Source of the DNA: Hydrolagus affinis
Taxonomy: Eukaryota
Assembly: GCA_012026655.1 (NCBI GenBank)
Contig: JAAILG010000832.1
Coordinates: 1 to 64,000 of the forward strand
Reading direction: 5' to 3'
DNA: 64,000 nucleotides
Positions 51,301-61,215 of this stretch are shown piece by piece (position 1 is the stretch's first letter; every line of letters begins with the position of its first letter). Under the pieces are notes generated by a model, which did not search any database, was not told where the DNA came from, and saw only the letters and a program-made list of their open reading frames with translations. The position numbers were made by a program, and so were the translations under genes.

Positions 51301-51863
51301 CAGGATATTTGAACAGACAGGGTTTAACAGCTGACTCAATAAAGATTTCTAGGCACTTTCCAGAAGGTCCATAGTGATTGAAAGCAAGAACCCTCCTGAT
51401 TTCCCCCTCACTTTAGTCCAGGGAAGGTACAGCTTATTTCAGTAGCCCAAATATTTCCCATCTGAGACAACTGACATGGAATAGTACAATTCAAGCATGC
51501 AACCTTCTGACTCATATGATTTTCTTCTGCACCAGGATGGTATGTTTAACTATACATTATCTATGGTACGTTTATCTGACTTGTATAAACAAAACAATTA
51601 TTGCCTTGGAGCTGGGACGTCCTCCCGACCTGAAAGGTGCTCTACAAATGTGATTTTGTTGTTGATTATTATTTTTCTGGAAGAGAATGTCAGTCATGGA
51701 CTTACCTGTTCTGTTCTTCTAGCTTGGCAAGTAACTCCAGATCATCTGGACTGAGCTGTGTTGGCGATACTGGTGAGAGTGCTGGCGTTGAGAGTGTTGT
51801 AGATGAGGATGTAGTATGCAGAGATGAAGATGTTGCAGATGGGCTTGCCACCTGACTAGCCAT
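3043..51863 (-). CDS. EVI5: EVI5 (ecotropic viral integration site 5) Rab-GAP, spliced CDS of 19 exons, 835 aa: N-terminal Ser-rich region, TBC domain, long coiled coil, C-terminus ...FSTTV
   Basis: Exon translations match recalled vertebrate EVI5 (LSPDDLELLAKLEEQNR, GIPHHFRAIVWQLL, IRRDIARTYPEH with the Arg finger, YCQG with the Gln finger, RLREADSIAAVAEL, STTV*). All junctions are GT-AG and the exons sum to 2508 nt in frame. Confidence 0.96.
9053..9378 (-). mobile_element. Same SINE family, full length
   Basis: A box TAGCTCAGTGG, B box GTTCGAATCC, same body and tail. Confidence 0.88.
10143..10400 (-). mobile_element. L2-clade LINE 3' fragment
   Basis: Reverse tail plus SSLASFKAHLKT, a typical L2 ORF2 C-terminal motif. 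Confidence 0.72.
12127..12335 (-). mobile_element. Same SINE family, head-truncated with an internal deletion
   Basis: Tail and body align with the 9053-9378 copy. Confidence 0.82.
12497..12866 (+). mobile_element. Older, longer Deu-domain SINE
   Basis: GGGTTCAAATCC B box, GGCTGTTTGTGAGACATTGCTGTGTGCAA Deu core, diverged version of the same tail. Confidence 0.7.
17071..17166 (-). CDS. EVI5: EVI5 exon 19 (96 nt; KEEVKVKGQLSNSDATQYIRELKDQIEELKHE)
   Basis: aacag|AAA and GAG|gtaag; hand translation. Confidence 0.94.
18702..18773. repeat. 24-bp unit TTTCTCCCCACCATAGTCTCTATG x3 (perfect minisatellite)
   Basis: Directly visible. Confidence 0.95.
20247..20620 (-). mobile_element. CR1-type LINE 3' fragment nested in a SINE tail (20204-20246 and 20621-20646)
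   Basis: Begins aacataagaa (CR1 terminal repeat, reverse strand); homologous end at 7405-7460; SINE tail is colinear on both sides. Confidence 0.7.
23648..23992 (-). mobile_element. Same young SINE family, full length, with a 43-bp tandem duplication in the head
   Basis: Alignment to other copies; repeat units start at 23897 and 23940. Confidence 0.88.
25407..25502 (-). CDS. EVI5: EVI5 exon 18 (96 nt; NKEDVMAVRLREADSIAAVAELQQHVAELEIQ)
   Basis: ttcag|AAT and CAG|gtact. Confidence 0.95.
25700..26118 (+). mobile_element. Degenerate L2-clade LINE 3' fragment; further L2 pieces at 26125-26260 (-) and 26325-26380 (+)
   Basis: Decayed ORF2 C-terminal sequence followed by the shared tail. Confidence 0.65.
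27322..27596 (+). mobile_element. Same SINE family (variant head), plus orientation
   Basis: TGTAGCTCTGCGGTTAGAG...GAGTTCAATCCC head, same body, partly deleted tail. Confidence 0.85.
27607..27820 (-). mobile_element. CR1-type LINE 3' end
   Basis: taagaacataag...ggagtaggccatt...gccattcaataagatcatggctgatc, typical of chondrichthyan CR1 3' ends (recalled). Confidence 0.72.
27861..27960. other. Assembly gap (100 N)
   Basis: Run of N. Confidence 1.
27961..28127 (-). mobile_element. Same young SINE family, head half (remainder lost in the assembly gap), with a 14-bp internal duplication
   Basis: GTTCGAATCC B box; ggtctccccagctt occurs twice. Confidence 0.85.
28511..28657 (-). CDS. EVI5: EVI5 exon 17 (147 nt; NQINNNHLRRAE...FAELEYK)
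   Basis: atcag|AAC and AAG|gtaca; hand translation. Confidence 0.94.
29381..29539 (-). CDS. EVI5: EVI5 exon 16 (159 nt; RHLARTTSRWKD...MELETQ)
   Basis: tgcag|CGC and CAG|gtatc. Confidence 0.95.
29586..29740 (-). mobile_element. Same SINE family, tail-half fragment
   Basis: Aligns with tail and Deu core of other copies. Confidence 0.8.
31341..31481 (-). CDS. EVI5: EVI5 exon 15 (141 nt; KNSYFPDENNVARLQEEL...LEEHWQ)
   Basis: aacag|AAA and CAG|gtaag; hand translation. Confidence 0.94.
31803..31937 (-). CDS. EVI5: EVI5 exon 14 (135 nt; PKCNPRYSEDFVLQLEKELV...KVLDMEK)
   Basis: aatag|CCT and AAG|gtact; hand translation. Confidence 0.94.
33113..33266 (+). mobile_element. Same SINE family, tail half; its (ATT)n end resumes at 34169-34181 after the MITE
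   Basis: ...gtgaagtgctttgagacgtctagaagagtgaaaagcgccacatcaaatgcaagta|MITE|tattattattatt. Confidence 0.85.
33267..34168. mobile_element. 902-bp non-autonomous Tc1/mariner-superfamily (Tigger/pogo-like) MITE
   Basis: Perfect 19-bp TIR CAGTAGAAGCCCGTTTATC at both ends, TA duplication at 33265-33266 and 34169-34170, subterminal TAACCGGCAC repeats, no transposase ORF. Confidence 0.9.
35886..36210 (-). mobile_element. L2-clade LINE 3' fragment
   Basis: Reverse tail caacaacaaattacatt...; minus strand contains pieces like SAFGTPF/LWNSLP-region decay. Confidence 0.68.
36734..36874 (-). CDS. EVI5: EVI5 exon 13 (141 nt; GQVTRAQEAEENY...LQEQR)
   Basis: ctaag|GGA (AAG acceptor) and CGG|gtaag. Confidence 0.9.
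37570..37602 (-). CDS. EVI5: EVI5 exon 12 (33-nt microexon; ESASLADRLIQ)
   Basis: tgtag|GAA and CAG|gtaca; peptide matches long EVI5/EVI5L isoforms. Confidence 0.9.
39403..39480. repeat. Inverted repeat, 36-bp arms (33/36 Watson-Crick), 6-nt loop
   Basis: tccttgttttaaatacctatattacttgttactgtt / aacagtaacaagcaatacaggtacttaaaacaagga. Confidence 0.95.
39525..39578 (-). CDS. EVI5: EVI5 exon 11 (54 nt; RLRTENRLLKHRIETLEK)
   Basis: tttag|AGG and AAG|gtaag. Confidence 0.95.
39987..40047 (-). CDS. EVI5: EVI5 exon 10 (61 nt; LEKEYTTLKNKEMEEQVEIK)
   Basis: gttag|G and AAG|gtaag; restores phase 0. Confidence 0.95.
40687..40784 (-). CDS. EVI5: EVI5 exon 9 (98 nt; HFQRVIPHRFDSGPDKLIQAAYQIKYNAKKMKK)
   Basis: ttcag|CAC and AA|gtatg; hand translation. 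Confidence 0.95.
40903..40992 (-). CDS. EVI5: EVI5 exon 8 (90 nt; GLEIVFRVGIAILQANQAELMQLDMEGMLH)
   Basis: actag|GGT and CAC|gtaag; hand translation. Confidence 0.95.
41189..41332 (-). CDS. EVI5: EVI5 exon 7 (144 nt; EHLPEL...FDIFMSE)
   Basis: cacag|GAA and GAG|gtaag. Confidence 0.96.
41798..41923 (-). CDS. EVI5: EVI5 exon 6 (126 nt; MPEEEAF...FEWMIQ)
   Basis: tgaag|ATG (AAG acceptor) and CAG|gtaag. Confidence 0.94.
42556..42630 (-). CDS. EVI5: EVI5 exon 5 (75 nt; AYSLVDREVGYCQGSAFIVGLLLMQ; Gln finger)
   Basis: tgtag|GCT and CAG|gtaaa; translated by hand, not in the ORF track. Confidence 0.96.
43262..43486 (-). CDS. EVI5: EVI5 exon 4 (225 nt; ELVRKGIPHHFR...LFNVMK; start of TBC domain, Arg finger)
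   Basis: ttcag|GAA and AAG|gtgac; IxxDxxR motif. Confidence 0.96.
43966..44155 (-). CDS. EVI5: EVI5 exon 3 (190 nt; LLETDSKSL...KKEKQLR)
   Basis: cacag|A acceptor, AGG|gtaag donor; completes the phase-2 codon from exon 2. Confidence 0.96.
47100..47474 (+). mobile_element. L2-clade LINE ORF2 C-terminus and 3' tail
   Basis: HSLAPPYIRELLTPYQPARPLRSAGSNLLHVP...PNLWNS matches the L2 ORF2 C-terminal pattern, followed by the stem-loop tail. Confidence 0.85.
48095..48400 (-). mobile_element. Same SINE family, full length (variant head)
   Basis: Colinear with other copies. Confidence 0.85.
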
Positions 51864-51944
51864 TTGACTGACAGTGTGAGTCACCGTATTCTTCACCCAT
51901 GAGAGAGTGGAACTCAATTTCTCTGTAACCTTGTCTGTCGCCAC
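51706..51944 (-). CDS. EVI5: EVI5 exon 2 (239 nt; ATG at 51863, MASQVASP...EEQNR; the upstream 81 nt read VATDKVTEKLSSTLSWVKNTVTHTVSQ in frame)
   Basis: Acceptor catcag|GTG, donor AG|gtaag; translation matches EVI5 N-terminus. Confidence 0.93.
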
Positions 51945-53181
51945 CTGATGAGACAAACATTTGATGACATTATCATCATTCAAAATACCATTCGCTCAAT
52001 TAGCAACAGATTTAAGGACTTTAGTGCTGGTTTCCTTTGAATCTGCAAAATCAGCTAGAATGTGCAGGTAAACATGTTCTGACGAAGGGTCGTGCACCCG
52101 AAACGTTGAGTTGCTTTCCTTTCTTCATGGATGCTGCCTGACCTGCTAAATTTCCCCAGGAACTTGTGGTTTTAGTGCAGGTAAACATGTTGGCTTTACA
52201 AGTATTGACCTCACAATTATCTAGATTATCAAGACAGAAACTTTCATGTAGACTTTCGCATAAAGGAAAAAAAGTAAAACTCACATAAGTTGTATCGGTT
52301 GGGTCCTTAACATTTAATATGATTTTGAGAAGTAACAGTTATAGGCAAACTTGCATAAATCGTACAACATCCAATGTAATCAATGCACTGTGCATGCATT
52401 CTTCAATGTAGCCAGTAAGTGATGTGTCCACGGGTTTCCATGATTTAATGAAGCCTGCGGCGTTACAAGCTAGGAAATTATTTGTTTAATAAAATGCACC
52501 TAGTGCAAAGAAATCTAAGTGTTTCTGGTAGGAAACTGACTGTGACTCGCATGCATGTACGACTTAAGACGATTAGCACTCCGGAAAATCTACCCAGCAA
52601 AAAGGACACTATATAAATGCAAGTTGTTGTTATTGTTATTGTGAAATGCTCTGAGGCGCCGTCTGGCGTGGAGGGCATTATATAAATCCAAGTTGTTGTT
52701 GTTGATTATACAATTTATGAAACTAAAACTTAGAGTGTTACTGTAATCACTTTGGAAAGATGCCAGAGGGTATCAGCAACCATAAAAGTATATTCTGGTA
52801 TGTCATTGCTGTCATCAGACAAGAGAAAAGCCCTTCTTGTTACCAGAGGTCGAAATAAGATTTAGATAGCAGCATATTCTGGAGTCTCACTTCTCCAAAC
52901 ATCAACATCAACAATATGATACATCAACAACAAAATTACGTTTGCATAGCGCCCTTTGAACTCAAGTCTTTCACTTGCAAGGAGAGAGCTCTAACCAATG
53001 AGCTACAGGATTTCTCACAACCTTATCCTTTTCTGAAAACCCATCTTGGATCAATAAAATATTACACTAAAAGGTTCTCAAAAGAAGTTTGTAATATAGT
53101 TCTATTGTTATAAAATTAGAACATCCCCTCAGGCACTGCTGAATATTAAAGGCAAGACTTGTAGAAAACATAACAGTGCCG

Positions 53182-53438
53182 TGACATCTCAAAGCGCTTC
53201 ACAGAATATACTGTAAAGTGAATTGACTGTATATTTGTGGGCGAAACGTGGCAGCCAATTGCGCAATGTCCCACAAACGGTCGTGGATTGAAATGACCAA
53301 TTTTATTACTGTGTTTTTTTCTGGACGGATTATTATTAGGCGTGTGGAGTAACGAAACTTGCCCAAGGTTTCGCTCTGATCAACCTGGATTCGAAATTGT
53401 AAGGCGAATGCTCTAACCACTGAGCTACAGGAGCTCCA
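53182..53438 (-). mobile_element. Same young SINE family, lacking the extreme tail
   Basis: A box intact, body colinear with other copies. Confidence 0.85.
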
Positions 53439-55299
53439 CTTTGAAAGCAAAATTAATAATTCAAAATAACAAAATGTTAACAGGCAGCAGAAGTAAGGGG
53501 ATGATAACATAAATTGTGGGCATTATTAAAGTTCTTCAGATTTAACAACTATAAAATATGTCATAATTACTGCTGAAACATAAAAGCTATTTCTTATATT
53601 AGCTACATTTGCGTCAGAAAGTAGTTACTTATCCCTGAACACAACGTCAGCTGGATCTCACCTCCTGATGGACAGACAAAACTGAGAACTATTCAGCTTT
53701 ATATGAAGGATGAATGAACAAGGAAAATTAGTTGGCTTCCAGGGATCATGTAATTTGGAATCAGTGAATAGTGCACAGAGTCCCACTGTTACAGTCTGAC
53801 AGTCTCTATTATGCGTACGCACCATTAAAGTCTATTTTTCCCACAATAAAAAAAAATCTGGATATTTATGAGGGCAAATCTTGATGCCAAAAAGCACCAG
53901 ATTTCACCATAAATCTGAAATTGATTTAATTTTCTATCCATTTTAAAAGTGGTCAGAATACACCATAATTTCTTTCACAGCACAACTCTTTCTCTCAAAC
54001 CACTGGCAGCAGTTATAATTGATTCTGATTCCAAGGAGCATACTTTAGCATGAAGAATACATTCTCAAAGACACCACCTGTGCACTGTTGCAGGGTTCAG
54101 AAGCCTGGTGAGCAGGCAATTTGCAAGTCGGTTTAGGATTGTGATATGCATGCATCTCAGAGACAAGAAATAGCTGAAAACATTGGAGAAGCCAGGGGGA
54201 GTATTAAGAGAAAATAGTTTTTCTTAGCAATTAACTTTCAGCAAGCAATATGGATAATTTCAGTGATAATGTATATCTATAGAATTTGGTAAAATATAAC
54301 AGAAGACAGAAAAGCCGAACAGCTATGTGGAAGCAGTCAGATATACAAAAACAAATTTACATTTATATAGCTGGCGTCTTTCATGTCTGGGTGATATCCT
54401 AAAGCGCTGCATAGTTCAGGATTTACATCCTTCAGGTGTTATTTGCCAGATGTAATTTGTCACTTCCTGATACTTCAGTTGAGATCAGATCAAATGATCA
54501 TACTGTATTGGAAATCACCCGCCAATAATCCACGTCACAGGCTACTGCATGCTAATTTTAAGTGTCCTCCAGATTTCCACTTTAAGTCACAGCAAGCTTA
54601 ATAAGAGTGTGAGTAAAATGAAAGAGAACTCAACAGTTGTTACAATAAAGAAGCAACAAAACAGGCAGTAGCTGGGAAACAGTTTAGACAACATGTTCAG
54701 GAAAGGTGAGGTAGTTTGGAGATTGATGGCTCTGCTTTAGTTTTGAACTTCATCTCATTTCCTATGAATAGAAATGAATGCTGCAAATTCTGTAAGGCTA
54801 CTGAAATGTTTCAATTCAAGAAAATATAATGTGTATCTGGACAGAAATTTAAAATATTTCTGTTCTAAATCCTTCATCAATAACGCAAATTACCATCATT
54901 ATTAAACCAGTAAAATGTCTACAAATACAGGACCTAATCTCTATTATGGGGGAGGTGAGTGGAAAGAGATAAGTATAGTTCTAAAATGAATATCTTATCC
55001 ATAATCTTTGCCCATGTATGAGTAAAGGTCAGTGGGAAAGGTAACTATGGAACCACACCACCAATAGAAAGAAAAGGAGATTCAAATGCCTTCAGGAGAT
55101 GAGGACGAGGGGAGAAAATTAGCAGGGAAGAAGAAATTAATGTCTGAGCACCTGCATTATTTAAAGGCCTTGTTATTAGCCACAGGCATCCTTCTTGGCA
55201 TAGACATGAAAGAACAGATGGTGTACCAACAATTTTAAATCAGCCTTTTATAAGGTCTTAATCAAGCACCCCGAGTTAATGCTGTTGTTGTTTTAATCC

Positions 55300-55369
55300 C
55301 ACTTAACTGAAAACTGAGATGGCACAAAGCAATCTTTCCTGTTGTGCTATCTCAGTTTTCAGTAAAGTG
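55300..55369. repeat. Inverted repeat, 28-bp arms (26/28), 14-nt loop
   Basis: cacttaactgaaaactgagatggcacaa / ttgtgctatctcagttttcagtaaagtg. Confidence 0.95.
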
Positions 55370-56754
55370 ACCATGTTAATGATAAAGGACCATGATTTTA
55401 AAGAGCTAGCTCCTGGACCAGTTGGAGTACTGCAACTCATAAAGCACTCATACAATGTTCCAGAAACATGATATTCAAAGGCAATTCAAGACTCTGATCA
55501 ACATTTCCAATACAACAATCTACTCCTAAACGTAATATGAAAGAACATCACAAATTTAACATAAAGAGGCACATAATCAATCAAATGATTAGTTTATGAA
55601 TCTGCCATTTAGTGTACACTTTTAGAGTACACTCAGGTTGTCCCAACACAAAACATCTACCAAATAGCTACCAGCATAGAACATTGCTATCAGCTAAGCA
55701 CCAGAGCAAGTTCTGGCAGGTTTGTGGAAGTAACTACATACAAGTCCTGACTTACACATTCAAAAACATATTTTGATAAATATCAATAGTTAGAAAAGTA
55801 AACCTTCTGTCTGCATAAAAACTTTCCGTGCATGTAAAAAACAAGCAACACAGTAAAAAAAACTAAAACTATTTTTCTTCATCCTCTTGAATGTTTTTCA
55901 ACCATTTCCTGAAGAAACAGCTGCATTCTGATAAAAACATGTTGAGAAGAGAAATTAGCAAGAAAATGAACAATGTGTTTGTGAACTGCAATTATACATG
56001 AACTTACATCAATTGGCATGTCAGCATTAATTTCTTAATCAACACGTTGTACACAGTAGTGACAAATTCATTGTTTCCCTTGACTAATAAACACATAATT
56101 TAGATGAGCAAAATGTTTACAGCACTGAAGGAGGCCATTCAGTCCCGTATGCTTAATTCTAGCTTCCACTTGAGCTGCCTACTCTGCTTCCCATGTTCTC
56201 TCCATATCATTTCTTTTTTTTTCTCAACTATTTAAGCAATGTGGATTATATTAAAGAATAAAGTTTTTAAATAACATAATTAATTGAATATTCTAGCCGA
56301 GGTAAACAAAATGAACAATTCCAACCATTATGAACCATTTTGGACCAACAAAGCAATTATGTCAGATCACAAGTATGTCTTCTTGTTTGGCCTTTCAAGC
56401 ATGTGGGTCCTGTGTTTGACCTACAGTGATTCCAAAAGGGTGTTATAATATTATAATAAATACAGAGATGTGGATATAGAGAGGGCACAATGACAAGTGG
56501 CAGATGTAATTAAATGTGAATAAATACAATTCACTGTTAGACGACAGGATAAAGCACTGAAGTGGGATATGGATGGATACATCTCTGAAACGATGAGCAA
56601 AGTGAAGCCGCAGAGGAAAAAAGTAAAAATACTCAGATAGAGTGTATGCACTGAGGGATAAACCATAAATTCCAAGGAAGCAAGTCTGGTGGTTCACTAT
56701 AATGGTGCGTCCACCTAGAATACTCGTGTACATTATTTATTACTGTACGACAGT

Positions 56755-56870
56755 AACGACATCCAGACAAAAAGGATATAGCTGTGGGCAACTAAACAAA
56801 CACATGGGATAAAGAATCGGACTTACAAAGAGAGGCTACAGCATCTGAAATACTTACACTGTTGGGACAA
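56755..56870 (+). mobile_element. Degenerate CR1 ORF2 C-terminal fragment
   Basis: Reads GIKNRTYKERLQHL, similar to the CR1 LSYEERL motif. Confidence 0.45.
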
Positions 56871-59800
56871 ATAAAAAACAGAAGCAATTTTTTCAATTTT
56901 TTTTTACCAAAAAATAGTTACACCATAGTTATCTGGATTTTCTGAAAGGAAGTAAATACATCAAAGGGGGGGAAAAAAAAGTAATTTCCTGCAGAAAAGG
57001 CACTCTGATGGAAACCTGCAACCTCAGATATTCCAGCCAGAGAAGCGATTGGAGCGGTAACGTTAACACGCAGGTCCAGGAAGGATGTCAACTCCCACAC
57101 ACATAATGACATCTTACAAAAGGCAGGCCTGCTATACAATAATGTATTTTTAAATTGGTCTCCTTTGTAAATAGCTAGATTAGCAAGGTTGGATTTGACC
57201 AAGTACTGTAGTTAGGATTTGCAGTGAACAATACTGCAATCACTCAGAATTAAACATAGAGTTCCACTTATTGGAGCCAGCTTTAACCCAGATAGTAGGA
57301 GAGACCTTAACAACCCACTACCCCTACAACCAACCATGGGAATATGTCAATACATCAAAATACTCTAATCATCTTTTATAAAGCTATAAATGCTAAATCA
57401 AAGGTTAAAATGACAATCATATTCTGTAAATTAAGGCTAATACAGTATATTAACACTGCAATTAGTTACATCGCTAACTTAAATAGAGGATCAGTATTCA
57501 GGATAAGGTCTGAAATCAGCATGCAATATACCACCTCTTGCTTCATCAGTACATAAACTGTCATAACAATACTGATTAGGTGGTTCAGAATGCCAATAGA
57601 TGGTAAGTGGGTCAAAAGAAAGTAACAGTATTCTTTATCTTCCTTTTATGGGGATACTGTATCTCAAAGAGTATTTTAAATCAACATAAATTGTTTTAAT
57701 GCAAGTTATAATACAGCTTTAGAATAGCAATTTTACCATCATCACCTTTGCAAAATATTTTCATGGTCAGACATCAAAGTTGAATTTCAAGACAATAAAT
57801 CGTTTCATGAAACTTTTTTGGAGTCATGTCAACATTTAAAATGCTTACAACAAGCAAGCTACCTTTGTTTTGGGATAAATTCAATATACACCATATGGCT
57901 TTTTTTAAAAAAAACTCTTGATTGTGAAGGGTGCTATATAAATGCAAGTTGTTATTGGAGTTGAGTTGGAATGGATATTGCTTTTCGCCCAGTGACTTTT
58001 GCTGTCAAGTGTACATTTTGACATGCAGGAAAATGGTCAGCAGAGATATCCCCAACACTGATCACCCTCAACAAAGAAGTCAATATTCATGTGTTACTAA
58101 TTCATCTGAACAGTATAATGGAAATCCCTCATCCAGATTCAAACATGAAGAATTTTCATTCAAATGAATTACAGAATACGCCATTACCTTCAGGAGTCAG
58201 AATGAGAAAATAAAATGAAGAAAATAAAACATAGAATGCAAACTCCAAATACATTTAGTTGAAAATGAGTGTTCATATGAAAATAACTGATGATTCAACT
58301 TAGAATTTTATATCTTTTCATTTAGAATAATAAAATAGTAAAACAAATAAATAGGAGTCAATATATTGATACCGACAACAACAAAAAACAAAATTACACT
58401 TGTACAGCGCCTTTCACATCAGGAGGACATCCCAAGGCACTGAATGCCTGCTAGCGCATTCCCACAAGTGCTACAGAATCTTGAAATGTCACTTTTTCTC
58501 ATAAAAAATAAATGCATAAGTGCTTTCAAACCAGTGGTTAGATAAAAGAAATGTACTTACATGGGAAGCCATTCTTTTTTTTAAACAATAATCCATTCCT
58601 TGAGATAATATTGCCTTATGTTGTCGAGAAATCTCAAAGGATATACCGGTAGTGTAAAGTAGATTGACTGTGCATTTTGTGGGTGTATGGGCAGCCAATC
58701 TCCACAAACCTTGATTGAGTGAATGACCAATTTTATGGGGCATTTGATACAAGGAAGTGATTTGAAGCAGATTTCCCTGGACTGGTGTGGACGCCACTTC
58801 TTGACGTCCTCCCGAGTGGCCAAAGTAGTGACCTTCACACAAGGCTTCATTTCCTCAGACATTTTCTTCCAAAGCATCACACCCTCCTGTCCCTAAAGAC
58901 TGACTGATAGTATCTCAAATTTTAATAACCAGGTGTTGAGAACTGGTTGCCCACCTGCATTGGTGGCTGCAGACTGAGGGAGACAACAGTGGGAAGGAAC
59001 TTAGAAGCCAAGGAATTCTCAAGATAAAATGGATTGTATAGAATTCAAATTCACTAGGGATAGGTTTCTAACTAGTTCTACCAACTAGTGAAATGACAAA
59101 ATTCCAAAATTTTAATGATTTCTTTTGCCTCATCACCAAGTATCTAAAAACATATTTGAACCTCTAAAAAATATTGTGGTTTAAACAGCAGCAATTTAGA
59201 TAAATGAAAAATGTCCTGACAAGCAGAAACATTCTCATTCTAACAAGCCATACTTATGACTCATTTAATAATCCAGTCAGTTTATATTTTACCGTAGATT
59301 ATGAAATTTTACCAGGCAACCACTGAATACGTAACCTAACATTAGTATCTTCTGACTGCAGTAAGCATAAACACAGTATTGCTGGTAGAAAGCTTTTTAG
59401 CGTTTTAGTTTTATTTTAGCAATCCAAATTCATATAGAATTCGGCTGTAAATAACATTGAAAACTGCAGAAACAAACACTTAGGAGTACTCCTGTGCACT
59501 TGGCTGGTACTGAAATTTTACTTGACTGATTCCTCCGCATTGGTATGCAAGCCAAAGAGTTGCAGGCCTGAGCAACTGTTATGAACCTACTCACTAATAT
59601 CAGCTGAGTGGCTCTTTTCTAGCTTTCAGAGCTAACGTGGCAAGTCTCCAAGAAGCCATCTCCAAGAAGGTGAAAATGAAATTTGATCCAATAAACAGGA
59701 GTGATCTTTAACAGCTTCCCCCACATTTTTGGAAAAATAGAGCAGTGGCTTAAAAGTACTTTCTCTTAGTCACATTCCCTTTAAATTTGTGATATTTGAA

Positions 59801-60964
59801 AGTATTCACAATTTACAGAGACATAGCGAGAGAATATTACAATATATTTGCAGATGTGTTTTCATTCTGCAATTTTAACAGTAAGTATGGAGCTCATTAA
59901 TTACTGAACTGTCATTTTTCCTCCCTTCTACCAATCCGATGGACCAAACACCAAATCTTAGCTGTTAAAATTGGCAATCCTTTTTATTTTAACACCAAAC
60001 TCCAGCATTGATATATCCCTGCTTCCACATTTACTAGATCTTAAAGCTAAATAGCCATCATCTTAGCACAAGACTCCACCCAACATTACTGGATGGATAG
60101 TAAGATCCAGGAAGTTACATCATAGTTAATTAAACAATCTTAAACAAAATAAGTGTACAATTTGGTTTAATATCTCACAGACAACAACGCTTGAACAACT
60201 GTTATGCTCAAAAGTTGAGTGTGTCTGCCAATTCCAGTCTTCAGACAATAATTACAGTATCACTTCCTCTCAACATGCTGGCTGACCCTGTATGATACAT
60301 GCTGAGAGTGGTAAGAACAGTTTGTACAGCTATGAGATTTTTGATAATTTTACGCTACTAAAAGATTTGTACGAAGTCAGCGTACAGCTGCCTGATTATA
60401 CAGCTGACATTTTAGAGAACCACAGACATTTCTATTTCTCTTTTAAACTTCCCCCAGAAACAACACAACTAAGTAAATTCATATGATCTGGATAGTAACA
60501 ATCATAGGTTTGAGAGAAACCTGAAGGGCCTTCCCCATGACTCAGTAGCTCTTATTCATGCAGATGAGGAAGGTCCCAAATTCAATCCCTAGTTATAATA
60601 AGTAAATGGATTTCAGATAAGACAGAAGATTTGATCAGTGTGGCTCAGAACAACATTATTTATCCAAGGTTCTCATTACTCATCATTAATCACTAACCAC
60701 TGATGGAATTTGTACATATGCATGTGGGACAATCGAAACAAAGACAATCCTCTGCTGCCATCCTCCCACTACCCAACCCGCAATGTCAAACAGCCCACTG
60801 ATGATATATTATGTGTAGACTTAGAACTGAAGAAATTAGTACTTGGGCAAGGCATTGGAATGTTGCTTCAATGAGACACGTCGTCTACATAGTAGAGAAG
60901 CTACATACAACATAACAAATAAAGACAAAGAGGCACTAACGACTATCTACAGTTAGAGAGTAAC

Positions 60965-61215
60965 TTTCACGTGAAAGTGCTTTACAAAATCAGAATAATT
61001 TGAAACACAGCAAGTGTTACTTTGTAGGCAAAAGCTGCAGCTACCTTTGCACCATCATCTTCTGACAAATGACAATGTGATGAATACCCAATCAGTCTAC
61101 CGGTAATCGTTTTAGAATGAATTGGGTGAGAGAGGCATGTTAGCCCAGACAACCGAGAGGCATTTCCTACTCTTCTTTGAAATATTAACACAGGGTCTTT
61201 CAATGCCAGCTGGAA
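60965..61215 (-). mobile_element. Old, diverged Deu-domain SINE relic
   Basis: Diverged Deu core (gtaggcaaaagctgcagctacctttgcac...acaatgtgatgaatacccaatc). Confidence 0.5.

Noticed and set aside
56918-57202. 94-aa ORF on the gene strand in intron 1 as a possible coding first exon
   Set aside because: The best nearby donor (GCAG|gtttcc) is weak and phase 1, incompatible with the phase-0 start of exon 2; no similarity to the known N-terminus.
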